DNA of 55,906 nucleotides, taken from positions 1 to 55,906 of IMG/VR virus record IMGVR_UViG_3300042395_000266; one strand, written 5' to 3'. Position 1 is the stretch's first letter. Every line of letters starts with the position of its first letter. The stretch comes from a virus. Taxonomy: Duplodnaviria; Caudoviricetes. Below are positions 9,799 to 19,636 of this stretch, one piece after another. A program made the position numbers and the translations under genes. A model generated the notes under the pieces. It saw nothing but the letters and a program-made list of their open reading frames with translations. It did no database searches and was not told where the DNA came from.

Positions 9799-10568
9799 TG
9801 AACGATCTCGGCCTCCCCAGCATCACACAGGGAGAGGGTGTCGCCCGCGACATTGGCGGCTCGACAGGAAAGTCTCTCGCGCAGGGCTTCGTCACGGTCA
9901 AGACGGCCGGCATCCGCGAGTTGGCGCTGAAACTGCAATCCTTGGCGGCCAAGATGGGTGAGCCGGCCGCGCTTGGCAACTGCGTCAAGGAGGCCGCCAA
10001 GCACATCGAAAATGGCTATCGCAGCCGCGTGGCCGACGTGACCGGGAATCTGCGCAAAAGCGTTCGCACGAAGGTCAAGTCGTATCCCGAAGACGGTGGC
10101 GTCATCGCCATCGTTGGCCCGCTTCAGACCGGCCCCGTCGGGGCCAACGACAAGCAGGCTTCGGGAAACCACGCATGGCTGGTGGAGTTCGGCACAGGCC
10201 GTCGGCGGCCGGGCACGCAGGGCCGACGGACCTACATCAACGTCCATCAAGCCATCAATGGCAAGATGAGCCGCCATTCATCGGCCAACGACCAGCAGTT
10301 CGCCAATATGTCGAAGGGCTATTACTTCCTCATGGGGTCGCGGGACGAACCGACCCGTCAGGCCCGGCGAGGCCGCGGCGGCAATCACGACTTCTACACC
10401 GACAAGAAAACAGGCCGCCAGCACCCCGTCACGCTTCACCCCGGCGATGAGTACGGCGAGATGAAGCCAACGAACGCCATGCAGAACACGATCACCCAAG
10501 AGCAGCAGGCCGTCTTGAGCACGCTGACGGCCGCCCTCAAGCGCAATCTGGAGAGGTTGTCCACATGA
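9798..10568 (+). CDS. HK97 gp10-like neck protein
   Basis: TGNLRKSV and HAWLVEFGT motifs; gene order. Confidence 0.75.
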   Translation: MNDLGLPSITQGEGVARDIGGSTGKSLAQGFVTVKTAGIRELALKLQSLAAKMGEPAALGNCVKEAAKHIENGYRSRVADVTGNLRKSVRTKVKSYPEDGGVIAIVGPLQTGPVGANDKQASGNHAWLVEFGTGRRRPGTQGRRTYINVHQAINGKMSRHSSANDQQFANMSKGYYFLMGSRDEPTRQARRGRGGNHDFYTDKKTGRQHPVTLHPGDEYGEMKPTNAMQNTITQEQQAVLSTLTAALKRNLERLST

Positions 10569-10990
10569 TCATCTCGCCGGAGAAGCACGTTTTTCAGCGG
10601 CTTGTGACGACCCCAGGCGTGGCCCGGCTGGTCGGATTTCAAGTTTTCGCCATCGCAGTCCCGAAGACAGCGACCATGCCGTTCTGCGTCTACAAACGCC
10701 AAAACATCATCCGCGAATCGGCATTTACAGGGCCGGCGCACTTGCCGCTCGTAAGCCTCCAGATCGCCTCATGGGGAACCACCTACGACATGACGCGGAC
10801 CCTGGCCGACGAGGTGCGATTGGCCTTGGATGGTCACATCGGCACGCTCGCGGGGGCTACAATTAGTGATATGAGGCTGGTGTCGGAAACGGACGACTTT
10901 ATCGATCCGGCCGCGGTCGGGGCACAACTCCCGCCAGCGTACGAGGTTCGACAACTGTTTCAGATTCGTTGGTCAGAGGCTACCCAGTAA
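10565..10990 (+). CDS. Tail completion/terminator protein (DUF3168-like)
   Basis: PFCVY, LQIASWG, LADEVRLALDG; gene order. Confidence 0.75.
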   Translation: MIISPEKHVFQRLVTTPGVARLVGFQVFAIAVPKTATMPFCVYKRQNIIRESAFTGPAHLPLVSLQIASWGTTYDMTRTLADEVRLALDGHIGTLAGATISDMRLVSETDDFIDPAAVGAQLPPAYEVRQLFQIRWSEATQ

Positions 10991-11017
10991 TACTTTTAGA
11001 GCGCAAGGAGGCGCAAC

Positions 11018-11353
11018 ATGTCAGCGACAGCAGCACTTGGAGTTACCGCTTCTTTCAACGGAACTTCCTACTCCGCGACTTCCATTTCAGTCAACCAGAC
11101 GACGGACTTGATCGATGGTAGCCACATGGGCCTTGCGGTTGGCGCGAAACGGCCGTTTGTGGCTGGCCTTGCAGGTAACGCCGAGGTCACGATTGAGTTC
11201 CTTGGTGGCAGCCTTGCTTCCGTCGGCTCAAGCGGCAGCGTTTCGATCAGTGGCGGCGGCCTGTCGTACTCCGGCACCGGAACGTGCATGGCGTCCAGCA
11301 TCAGTGGCAGCGTGGGCGATCTCGCCAAGGGAAGCATTACTGTTCGGGTGTAG
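11018..11353 (+). CDS. Putative tail tube protein 1
   Basis: Lies between terminator and chaperone; strong SD; beta-rich. Confidence 0.6.
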   Translation: MSATAALGVTASFNGTSYSATSISVNQTTDLIDGSHMGLAVGAKRPFVAGLAGNAEVTIEFLGGSLASVGSSGSVSISGGGLSYSGTGTCMASSISGSVGDLAKGSITVRV

Positions 11354-11368
11354 CCCGCGCTGGGGTGA

Positions 11369-11734
11369 ATGGCGATGGCCGGCACCACCGCGCACGGCGC
11401 AACATTCTCGTTCAAGGGTGTCAGTTTCACGCTTACCGGGATTTCGGTGGAAACACCGACCGCGGGAGTTGTGGACATGACCCCTTGGAACGCGAGCGCC
11501 GCAACGTCCGTCATCGTCCCGACCGGCGAGTGGTCTGGCGGCAGCGTATCCGTCGATTACCTGGGCGGCGACATGTCCTCGCTTGTTAAGCAAGTGGGGA
11601 TGCTGACGTTCTCGTCTGCCGGATTCTCCTACAGCCGCAACGTGCTGCTGGAATCGGCCACCGTCGGCGCCACCGTCAATGACCTTGTTCGCGGGACGAT
11701 GAAATTCCGGCTAACGGATTACTACTCGTCCTAG
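11369..11734 (+). CDS. Putative tail tube protein 2 (paralog of 11018..11353)
   Basis: Similar to the previous ORF along its whole length. Confidence 0.55.
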   Translation: MAMAGTTAHGATFSFKGVSFTLTGISVETPTAGVVDMTPWNASAATSVIVPTGEWSGGSVSVDYLGGDMSSLVKQVGMLTFSSAGFSYSRNVLLESATVGATVNDLVRGTMKFRLTDYYSS

Positions 11735-11762
11735 TCTTTTTTCACCCCACCAGTTGGAGCAC

Positions 11763-12146
11763 ATGAGCATGTCGTCTGATCTTCGCAAGCGGCTTTTCGG
11801 CGCCAAGGACATCCGCATCAAAAGCATTGACGTGCCGGAGTGGGGCGGCACCTACTACGTCCGCGTCATCAACGGCAAGGCCCGCGAGTCCTTTGAGGAA
11901 GCCCTGGCGGCCGAGCAGCGCATGAAGAACTTCCGCATGAAGTTTCTCATCCTGACGCTCTGCGACGAGGACGGTGCGACGATCCTGACCGACGCCGACA
12001 TCGACGCCTTGGGCGAGCGGTCGAGCGTGGTCATCAATCGCGTGTTCGACGCGGCCTGGGCCATCAATGGCTTCACCAAGGAGGCAGTTGATGCGATGGG
12101 GGAAGGTTCGGCGTCCGACCAGAACGCCGCTTCTACTTCCGCCTAG
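11763..12146 (+). CDS. Tail assembly chaperone (gpG-like)
   Basis: DVPEWGGTYYVR, LCDEDG; precedes the tape measure gene. Confidence 0.85.
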   Translation: MSMSSDLRKRLFGAKDIRIKSIDVPEWGGTYYVRVINGKARESFEEALAAEQRMKNFRMKFLILTLCDEDGATILTDADIDALGERSSVVINRVFDAAWAINGFTKEAVDAMGEGSASDQNAASTSA

Positions 12147-12427
12147 CCCTGGCCCTTGGCAAGACCGTCCGAGAACTTCTGGAGACTATCGACTCTGACG
12201 AGATAGCCGAATGGTACGCCTATGACCAGCGCTGGCCGATCAGCGACGGTTGGCAGCAAACCGCGAGGATTTGCAGGGTCATCATGGCGTCCTCCGGCAA
12301 CTACAAGAAGCACGATATTCCAGACGAGGCCGCGTTCATTCCGTCGTCGCACGCGCCGCCGCGGCCTCGACAGACTAAAGAGCAAATGGTTGCCGAGATA
12401 GAGAAGTTGATAAAGATGCAAGGATGA
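12104..12427 (+). CDS. gpT-like -1 frameshift extension of the tail chaperone
   Basis: Slippery GGGGGAA at 12098-12104; the -1 frame reads RFGVRPERRFYFRLALALGKTVRELL...EIAEWYAY to TGA 12427; absent from the ORF track. Confidence 0.8.
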   Translation, partial: RFGVRPERRFYFRLALALGKTVRELLETIDSDEIAEWYAYDQRWPISDGWQQTARICRVIMASSGNYKKHDIPDEAAFIPSSHAPPRPRQTKEQMVAEIEKLIKMQG

Positions 12428-12431
12428 GACT

Positions 12432-15400
12432 ATGGCAAACGGCTATCTCGGCAAAATATCGGCCGTAGTTTCGGCCAACACAAGCGACTTTCAGTCCAAA
12501 CTGAACGGCGCTGCGAAGGACGTGCAGAAGTTCGCGTCCTCCATGCAGTCGTCGCTCACGTCAGCGCAGACGAAAGCGACGGCCTCGCTGCGCGGCATCT
12601 ACACCGAAGCGCAGAAACTGGAGCGGGCGCTTCAGGCGGCGTCCACCGGGAAACTGTCCTTCAAGGGCTTCGCTGGGCCAGACCTCGCGTCGGCAGTTGG
12701 CCGGATGCGAGCGTTCGCGTCGGTGACGAAGGAGATCGGCGGCCCCCTGACCGCGGCGACCAAGTCGTTCAACCAGTTGTCGATGGAGGTGCAGGGCGAG
12801 TTCAGCCCCGCGCTCAGGCAGGCCCAAGTGTTGACCGAGCGGCTGGCTGACACGATTAACAAGACCGGCACTGTGTCGGAGGAGCGATTCCAGCGAGTCG
12901 CCGGTGCCGTCAGCGTGGCCGTCGATTCTATGAAGCGATTGAGCGAGGCCAGCAAACTCGTCGGCGGCCTCGCGACAGGGAAAGAACTGCGGTTCAGTAA
13001 CCCGCAGTTTGTAGCGGAAGCCACTCGCTCGCAGCGGCTTCAGCAGGAGGCGGCTGCCTTGTCGCCGTCCTCAATTTCGGCCGGCGGCATCGGCGGTCTG
13101 GTCGCGCAGATTTCCGCAGCGGCGAAAGAAGCAGAGCGACTTAACGCGGCCCTGGAGAACGAATCCCAACTCGTCAACGGCAACGTGCCTGCCGCTACAG
13201 CAAAACTCACGGCTCAACTAGCGGTGTGGCGTAGCCTAAACGAAGAACTGGAGCGCCGGAACGAGGTCGCCCAAAAGGCCGCCCTCGTAGGCACCGGCAA
13301 GAAGGCTGCCGAAAACGAAACCGCCGCCCTCGTCTACCGCGAGCGCGCCGAGAAGGAGTTGGAAGCCCGAAGGGTTGCGGCGGCGCAGAAGGTCGCTGAA
13401 AACGAGACTGCCGCCCTCGTCTACCGCGAGCGCGCCGAGAAGGAGTTGGAAGCCCGAAGGGTTGCGGCGGCGCAGAAGGTCGCTGAAAACGAGACTGCCG
13501 CCCTCGTCTACCGCGAGCGCGCCGAGAAGGAGTTGGAAGCCCGAAGGGTTGCGGCGGCGCAGAAGGTCGCTGACAGCGAGATGGCCGCACTTATAAACAG
13601 GGAGCGTGCAGCGAAAGAGTCTGAAGCGAGAAAGTCCGCGCCAGCGAGGGCCGCCGCCCAAAACTTCGGCACTCCGTTTGCCAGGGTGTTTGAGGCGGCA
13701 CAAATCGATTCGTACAAATCGAAGTTGCGGCTATTGCAGGAAATTCTTATCGGCGCCGGAGTGAGCGCAGGGGTCGCTGCCGACGAAGTGAATAACTTCG
13801 CCGCCGCGCTTCAGAACGCCTCCTCCAAGGAGGGCGGCCTAAAAGCCAACGCCGCTGTGATCGCTACCAGCCAGGACGCGGCGGTGGCGGCTGTCGCGGC
13901 CGCCGTTCCCAATGCCGGCGGCGTGAAAGGGATCAACAGACGGCTCGCCAGGGTGGGCGACGTGGGCCGCGGCGGCATAGACAAGTTCAGCCTGGGCCTC
14001 AATCAAGCGGCCTTCGCGATTGACGACTTTATGTCGTCAACGGGTGGCGTTGAGCAAAAATTGCGGGCAGTAAGCAACAACATAACGCAACTCGGATTTA
14101 TCGTCGGCGGCACGGCAGGACTGTTCACGTCCTTGGGTGCCGTGATCGCTGGGCAGGCTGCGGTCGCGCTGATGAAGTGGATCAACAATGGCGTTGACGC
14201 CGAGCACAAGACAAAGGCGCTCAACGACGCGCTGACTCGCCAGAAATCCCTGCTTGAAGAACTGAAGCAGGCGTTTGAGTCGCTAGGCGACTCGCTCTCA
14301 CGCTCTGCGTTCTCGGCTGCCGGCCAGAAGGCGCGGGAGTTCTCCAGAGAAATAGATGAGATCAAGAAGAAGCAACAGGAGCAGAGAGATGGCGCCGTCA
14401 CCGGCGCCAGCCCCGCCGTTCAGCGCGAGCGGGCGTTTCAGGCATCCCGCGCTGCTGCGCTTGAGGGCGAAACCGACGTCGGCCGCCGAATCTCGTTGCA
14501 GAAGGAGATTGACGAGTCCAAGCAGCGAGAGCGGGTTGCGAAAGCCGCCGCGATTCGCGCGGCCGCCACGTCGCCGGCTCCCGACAAAGAATCGCTCATA
14601 GCCACCATTCAGTCCACCATCCCTCGCAGCGTTGCCGGCATCGGAGGCCCAGGCGGCATGGCCTCGACGGCTGCGGCAGCCGTCGAGCAGGAACGCCGAC
14701 GGGCGCAAGCGCGGAGGGACGTTGAAGCAGCCGGCGCCGCGCTAAACGTACCTCAACTAGAGCAACTCGCCAAACGCTACCCAGCAGCCGCTGCGGCGAT
14801 TGATGAGATGATAAAGCGGCTCACGCTGGATGCCGCGACGAAGTTCGACAACATGACGACGGTGCTTCTGGAAAGCGCCGGCAAGGTTGCTCACGGCCTT
14901 GAGTCCGCAAACGCTGAATTGCAGGACGCTATTCGCGCTGGTATTCCAGGCGCCCGGCGGCTTCGCGCCGTGGCCGACGGCGTCGGGGATTCGCTGGAGA
15001 AGGCGCTTAAGGCCGTCCGGGCCGCAAACGAGATGCCGCAATCGACGGCGGCCGAGCGCAGCGCGAGGGAAAGCGCACTTCAGCGCGCTCAAGGTCAGAT
15101 GGAAGACGCGCAGGCCGCGCAGCAGGACTTGCTGCGGAACACCAACGAAGTTCGTCGCGTCCGCACGCTTGACCCACAGGCCACAGCCGAAGCAAGAATG
15201 GACGCCGCGCGAAGCGGCCTTTCGGCCGCCGGCCTTGGGTCGGGGCGGCTCGCCAGAAGGCTCCGCGAAATTGAGTTTGCGCAAGGCAGCATCAACGCAG
15301 CGTCTGACGTCAACAACAATCCTGAATCCGCACGGCGGTTTCAGATGGTTGAGGCAGCGCTGAAGCGAGAGGTGCAGGAGATAAATGCGGCTGCCTTGGC

Positions 15401-16259
15401 GTTGAGGCAGTTTTCAGAAGCCGTCCAGCAGTCGTCGCAGCAACTAAAGAGCAACGTCAGTTCTGCCGAGCAAGCATCTCAAGAGGCCCGGCGAAATGAC
15501 TTAGCCAGAAGCACGCCTGAAACCAGGGCCGCCAGGGCGCAGGCAGAACAGGACGAAAGGCAGGCGCGGCGGCTGGCGCGTAGAGCGCAAGACGAAATCG
15601 ACAACATGATGGCGCAGCGCGAGGAGTCGATGCTGACCGGGCCGAACGCCCCCGCCTTCCGCCGCATGTCGGAGATTAATCAGTCGCTTGAGTCTGGCAG
15701 CCTTTCTGCCGCACAGCAGCGGCAACTTCGCGAGGAACGATCTCGACTTCAGGATCAAGTTCAGCCAGAGATAGACGCGCAAGAGCAGGCCGCAAGGGCT
15801 GCCGTCACAGCAAGCACCAGGGAGGAAGAACGCAGAAGGTCGGCCGAGCGAGGCCGCGAACTGGCAAAGACTCCGGCGCAGAAGGCGGCCGATGAGGCCG
15901 CGAGAGGGCTGGCAGACATTGTTCAAGCCAGGAACGCCGGGCTGATTCCCCGAGGGCAGGCAAACGAAGCGGCCAGCCGCTTTGGCCGTGAGCAACTGGA
16001 GCAGGCCGCTCCGATGATCGCCAGCATGGCCGAGGAGGTGCAAAACGCCATTCTTCAAGGGCCGTCCAGGGCCGCGCTTGAGGTGTCCGACGTGTCTACC
16101 ACGCAGGGCCAGCGGGAACTTAGCCGCCTCCTGCGGGGCGACGACTCCGCGAAGAACGCCAACATCGTGGAACTGGAAAAGCAGAATCAGAAACTTGTGG
16201 AAGTCGTCAACGTCCTCAAAGACATTGCCCGAGCAAACGGAATCGTCCTCGACCTGTAA
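12432..16259 (+). CDS. Tape measure protein
   Basis: 1275 aa, Ala/Glu/Arg helical; N-term LGKISAVVSANTSDF; gene order. Confidence 0.9.
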   Translation: MANGYLGKISAVVSANTSDFQSKLNGAAKDVQKFASSMQSSLTSAQTKATASLRGIYTEAQKLERALQAASTGKLSFKGFAGPDLASAVGRMRAFASVTKEIGGPLTAATKSFNQLSMEVQGEFSPALRQAQVLTERLADTINKTGTVSEERFQRVAGAVSVAVDSMKRLSEASKLVGGLATGKELRFSNPQFVAEATRSQRLQQEAAALSPSSISAGGIGGLVAQISAAAKEAERLNAALENESQLVNGNVPAATAKLTAQLAVWRSLNEELERRNEVAQKAALVGTGKKAAENETAALVYRERAEKELEARRVAAAQKVAENETAALVYRERAEKELEARRVAAAQKVAENETAALVYRERAEKELEARRVAAAQKVADSEMAALINRERAAKESEARKSAPARAAAQNFGTPFARVFEAAQIDSYKSKLRLLQEILIGAGVSAGVAADEVNNFAAALQNASSKEGGLKANAAVIATSQDAAVAAVAAAVPNAGGVKGINRRLARVGDVGRGGIDKFSLGLNQAAFAIDDFMSSTGGVEQKLRAVSNNITQLGFIVGGTAGLFTSLGAVIAGQAAVALMKWINNGVDAEHKTKALNDALTRQKSLLEELKQAFESLGDSLSRSAFSAAGQKAREFSREIDEIKKKQQEQRDGAVTGASPAVQRERAFQASRAAALEGETDVGRRISLQKEIDESKQRERVAKAAAIRAAATSPAPDKESLIATIQSTIPRSVAGIGGPGGMASTAAAAVEQERRRAQARRDVEAAGAALNVPQLEQLAKRYPAAAAAIDEMIKRLTLDAATKFDNMTTVLLESAGKVAHGLESANAELQDAIRAGIPGARRLRAVADGVGDSLEKALKAVRAANEMPQSTAAERSARESALQRAQGQMEDAQAAQQDLLRNTNEVRRVRTLDPQATAEARMDAARSGLSAAGLGSGRLARRLREIEFAQGSINAASDVNNNPESARRFQMVEAALKREVQEINAAALALRQFSEAVQQSSQQLKSNVSSAEQASQEARRNDLARSTPETRAARAQAEQDERQARRLARRAQDEIDNMMAQREESMLTGPNAPAFRRMSEINQSLESGSLSAAQQRQLREERSRLQDQVQPEIDAQEQAARAAVTASTREEERRRSAERGRELAKTPAQKAADEAARGLADIVQARNAGLIPRGQANEAASRFGREQLEQAAPMIASMAEEVQNAILQGPSRAALEVSDVSTTQGQRELSRLLRGDDSAKNANIVELEKQNQKLVEVVNVLKDIARANGIVLDL
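13311..13571 (+). repeat. 3 x 87-bp in-frame tandem repeat in the tape measure gene
   Basis: Near-identical units start at 13311, 13398 and 13485 (ENETAALVYRERAEKELEARRVAAAQKVA). Confidence 0.95.
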
Positions 16260-16271
16260 GGAGTGCAGACA

Positions 16272-16646
16272 GTGGCCGACATCAACTACAGCATCAACGT
16301 CCAGATTTCAAAGGGCAACCTGTCCAATGCACTTGGCGCCAGCGGAACCGCCAGCATGGCACAGGTGGGTCTGCAAACGCAGACCATCACTGTGTCCACA
16401 AGTTCTTCCAGCGCGACGAGCATCTCGACCGCCAACCTGTCATCCGTCGGAATTGCGTTCCTACGCAACCTATCGACCGCGACCGCATCGACCGTGCAAG
16501 TCGGCATTTCCGCTTCCGGCACGTTCCATCCGTTCGCGACCCTGCGGGGCGGCGAGCCAGCGATGCTTCGCTTGGCTACCGGAGCCGCTTATAGGGCAAT
16601 CGGTGACGCGACGGCCCGGCTCCGCGTAGACGTTCTGGAGGGTTGA
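16272..16646 (+). CDS. Hypothetical virion protein
   Basis: SD AAGGAG then GTG; Ser/Thr-rich beta protein after the tape measure. Confidence 0.65.
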   Translation: MADINYSINVQISKGNLSNALGASGTASMAQVGLQTQTITVSTSSSSATSISTANLSSVGIAFLRNLSTATASTVQVGISASGTFHPFATLRGGEPAMLRLATGAAYRAIGDATARLRVDVLEG

Positions 16647-16649
16647 TTC

Positions 16650-17732
16650 ATGCCGAAACTCGTCAGCGAAATATCCGCAGGCACGACGTTCAACTTCTCG
16701 TCAAGTCAGGGGCAGATCACGGCGTCGATGACGCGGGTGTTCCGCGTTCTCCTGAATTCTGCCGGCGAGGTGTTCGACATTCAGACGACGTGCAACGTCA
16801 GGATTGGCGACCAGCACCCGTACAACACGGACCTCTATTGCAGGACTTTTGCAGCGCAGTTTGAGGGCGACAGCCGCATGGTCGCCCTCTGCACGTTCAC
16901 CTACGAGTCCACCGCCGGCAGCACCGCAGAAGACCCAAACAGCAAGTCGCCGGAGATTCGGCCAGCGAACTGGTCAACGTCCACGAACCTCACCGAAGTC
17001 CCGGCGTATTCGTGGACGAAAGTAAACAATGACGGCACGCTGGATGGCGGTCCCGTTCCGGCAGCAAACAAGGCCGGCGACCGGCTGGACGGCGTGACGC
17101 GGTTCGCGCCGGTTGTGTCCATATCCGTCGAGCAATGGGAGATAAGTGACCCGACCAAGAACGTAACCAACTCTGGCTGCGTCAATCAAAACGAGTTCTG
17201 GATCGGCAGCCTGTGGTGCTTCCGCCGATCACTGATGTTTCGTGGCGTCACGTCGCGACCGGCTGTGGAGTCTTGGGGCGGCCTGCTCTATCGCGGCTGG
17301 CTTTGCACCTACGAGTTCGCCTTCCAGCAGAACCATGTAATGGGGCTGTGGGACGGCATCGGGACGTATGACGCGGACATCGGGTGGGACTTGGCGGTGC
17401 CGCACACGGGGTTCAACGTGATCGCGTTCAACCCAGCAGGCCCGGCGGCCGAAGAAGACGTGTACGGGCAGCCGCTCCAGCACAAGGAGCAGAAGATTTT
17501 CCAACCGCTCGCGCTGCCCGACAATATTGTGGCCGGCGACAAGGTTCGCGGCATGGTGCTCGTGCACGAGTACGAGGCCGGCGGCGCTTCACAGTTGCCG
17601 TGTGCGCAGCCGATCCCGCTCAACGACGACGGGCGACCTCGCAAGAACAGCGTAGACCCGCCGGTGCTGATTTACCGCCGAAACCCACACAAGGAATACG
17701 ACTTCAAGAACTTCAACCTGCGGCTGATCTAA
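16650..17732 (+). CDS. Putative tail/baseplate protein
   Basis: 360-aa ORF in the tail module. Confidence 0.6.
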   Translation: MPKLVSEISAGTTFNFSSSQGQITASMTRVFRVLLNSAGEVFDIQTTCNVRIGDQHPYNTDLYCRTFAAQFEGDSRMVALCTFTYESTAGSTAEDPNSKSPEIRPANWSTSTNLTEVPAYSWTKVNNDGTLDGGPVPAANKAGDRLDGVTRFAPVVSISVEQWEISDPTKNVTNSGCVNQNEFWIGSLWCFRRSLMFRGVTSRPAVESWGGLLYRGWLCTYEFAFQQNHVMGLWDGIGTYDADIGWDLAVPHTGFNVIAFNPAGPAAEEDVYGQPLQHKEQKIFQPLALPDNIVAGDKVRGMVLVHEYEAGGASQLPCAQPIPLNDDGRPRKNSVDPPVLIYRRNPHKEYDFKNFNLRLI

Positions 17733-18232
17733 TGTCTGAAAAGGAACGCTACCTCATCGGGCCTGGGTTGCGGAACAAACTCCGCGAAATCATCCGTCGC
17801 GTGGACGGGATGCCGCTGGGAAGCAGTGCGGAAATTCCGACGCGGCTTCAGGACATGCGGCGTGGCGGCGGCGGCGGAACCACTCTGAAAGTCGGGACGT
17901 TCACGGGGTCATGGCAGACCGGCACATTTAAGACCGTCACGATTACTGGATCGACCAACACGGTGTCGGTCTTCAACTGGTGCAACCCGTCCGTCGAGAG
18001 CGGCACTTCCGTCACCACGGCCACCAGATACGTTATTTTCGGAAATGCCAGCGGCACGCAGAGCGCGGTCGAAATTCAGGCCGCGACGGCAACGTGCTCA
18101 ATGGTCATCGGCGGTGTGAATTTCTCAAGCCTTCCCAGTTTCAACGCGACTTCAGTGCAGTTGCTGGGCCACGAGGCTGGCTGCATGAAGTGGTTTGACG
18201 TGACGGCCTGCTCGACGGCCACGGCGACGTGA
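17732..18232 (+). CDS. Putative tail tip protein
   Basis: TAATG coupling; helical N-term, Gly linker, beta C-term. Confidence 0.55.
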   Translation: MSEKERYLIGPGLRNKLREIIRRVDGMPLGSSAEIPTRLQDMRRGGGGGTTLKVGTFTGSWQTGTFKTVTITGSTNTVSVFNWCNPSVESGTSVTTATRYVIFGNASGTQSAVEIQAATATCSMVIGGVNFSSLPSFNATSVQLLGHEAGCMKWFDVTACSTATAT

Positions 18233-18235
18233 CGC

Positions 18236-18607
18236 ATGGTGGATATATCGATGAACGGCGGCAGGGTCGTCATGCGCGGCAGCGCCGTCGCCATAGGAAG
18301 CGGGTGCTGCTGCGAGTTGCCGTGTGGCCCTGAAAACCCCAGCGAGCCTGTTGTGCTGGTTAGGACGTACTGCGCAAACCCCGAGTCGTGGACTCAAGAG
18401 ATTCCGCCCGACCCTCGCCCAACGCCGGATTGGGTCACGTTTCTTCAGGAGACGTGGTACTACTACAACATCAGCGTGGTGGAAGAAATACCCGGCGCGC
18501 AATATGCTTGGTACGCCAGTTGTTGTGAGTACGGGCCTAGTGCGTGGATTTACTTGTGCGGCGTGCCCTACTACCTCCCAACTTGCCTGCTGAACATTTT
18601 CCCGTGA
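18236..18607 (+). CDS. Cys-rich hypothetical protein
   Basis: GCCCELPC, SCCE; tightly packed. Confidence 0.55.
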   Translation: MVDISMNGGRVVMRGSAVAIGSGCCCELPCGPENPSEPVVLVRTYCANPESWTQEIPPDPRPTPDWVTFLQETWYYYNISVVEEIPGAQYAWYASCCEYGPSAWIYLCGVPYYLPTCLLNIFP

Positions 18608-19047
18608 TTACAGGCCCACGAAAACTGTTTGAGTTTGTTTGTCAGTCTCGCGGCTACACGGCCGATGAGGTGCGGCCGTGCATCGTGTCGCAGGACGCCG
18701 ACACGGTGACGGTGGACGAGCATCACCCGTCATACCCTCGCAAGAGACAGTCGCCAGCCGCTGCTAGATCGGGGCCGCCATCACCGCCGCCTCCACTTGG
18801 CCCAGGCGGCCACATGAAGGCCATGCTGGCAGGCTGGCCCTTCAGGATCGTCGCCACGCCAACGTGCCCCTGTAACGCCCACGCCCGGCAGATGGACGCC
18901 TGGGGTCCAGACGAGTGCATTGCCAGGATGGACGAGATCGTCGGCTGGCTGCGGGCCGAGGCCGAGCGCAGGGGGCTACCGTTTTCAGACACGGCAGCGA
19001 GGCTTCTGGTAAGGCGGGCAATCTGGAAGGCCCGAAAATCGCATTGA
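18604..19047 (+). CDS. Hypothetical protein (CPC motif)
   Basis: GTGA overlap; PTCPCNAHARQMDAWGPDEC. Confidence 0.65.
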   Translation: MITGPRKLFEFVCQSRGYTADEVRPCIVSQDADTVTVDEHHPSYPRKRQSPAAARSGPPSPPPPLGPGGHMKAMLAGWPFRIVATPTCPCNAHARQMDAWGPDECIARMDEIVGWLRAEAERRGLPFSDTAARLLVRRAIWKARKSH

Positions 19048-19072
19048 CTGCCGTAGGCTACCGAACGACAAT
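19044..19072 (+). promoter_or_regulatory. Sigma70-type promoter
   Basis: TTGACT-17 nt-GACAAT; the spacer contains GTAGGCTAC. Confidence 0.6.
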
Positions 19073-19078
19073 CTGCCA

Positions 19079-19372
19079 ATGCCCAAAGACCACCACTTTA
19101 TCATCTGCGGGCTTCGATACCTCCTGCGTTTCACGCGGCTGAAGGGCAGCGCCGCCGGCTGGGCCTACGTTCCAGACCACAAGAACCCGCAGATGCAGCG
19201 GAAAATCCTTGTGGACGAGCGGCTCAAGTCGCGATCCAGGCTGGAGACGATCTGCCACGAAGTCCTCCATGTCTGCTTCCCGACCGTTGGCGAGTCGCAC
19301 ATCACCGAGTCGGCCCGAGACTTGGCCCGCGTGTTGTGGGCGCTGGGCTACCGCGACCACGAAAAGGAGTGA
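19079..19372 (+). CDS. Small zincin-like protein
   Basis: HExxH motif (HEVLH). Confidence 0.65.
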   Translation: MPKDHHFIICGLRYLLRFTRLKGSAAGWAYVPDHKNPQMQRKILVDERLKSRSRLETICHEVLHVCFPTVGESHITESARDLARVLWALGYRDHEKE

Positions 19373-19375
19373 CAG

Positions 19376-19636
19376 ATGCCGAAGGCCCAGGATCGCAGCA
19401 TCCGCGACGAAATATACGCTGCTGCCGCGGAGGAACCGCCGAGGGTGGATTGGCTGCGGCAAATGAGCGAAGCCGACAGGCAAGAGATTCTCGCCATCAA
19501 GTCGGAGTGGAAGGAGGGCAAGTTCGCTGGCACGGGCCGCGGTGTCGCGAGGGCGATTCACAGGGTCTGCAAATCGCGAGGGATCGCGGTCATCAGCGTG
19601 GAAGGAATCCGAAATTGGCTCAACAAAGACCTATGA
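19376..19636 (+). CDS. Hypothetical protein
   Basis: SD AAGGAG; ATGA overlap with the next gene. Confidence 0.65.
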   Translation: MPKAQDRSIRDEIYAAAAEEPPRVDWLRQMSEADRQEILAIKSEWKEGKFAGTGRGVARAIHRVCKSRGIAVISVEGIRNWLNKDL

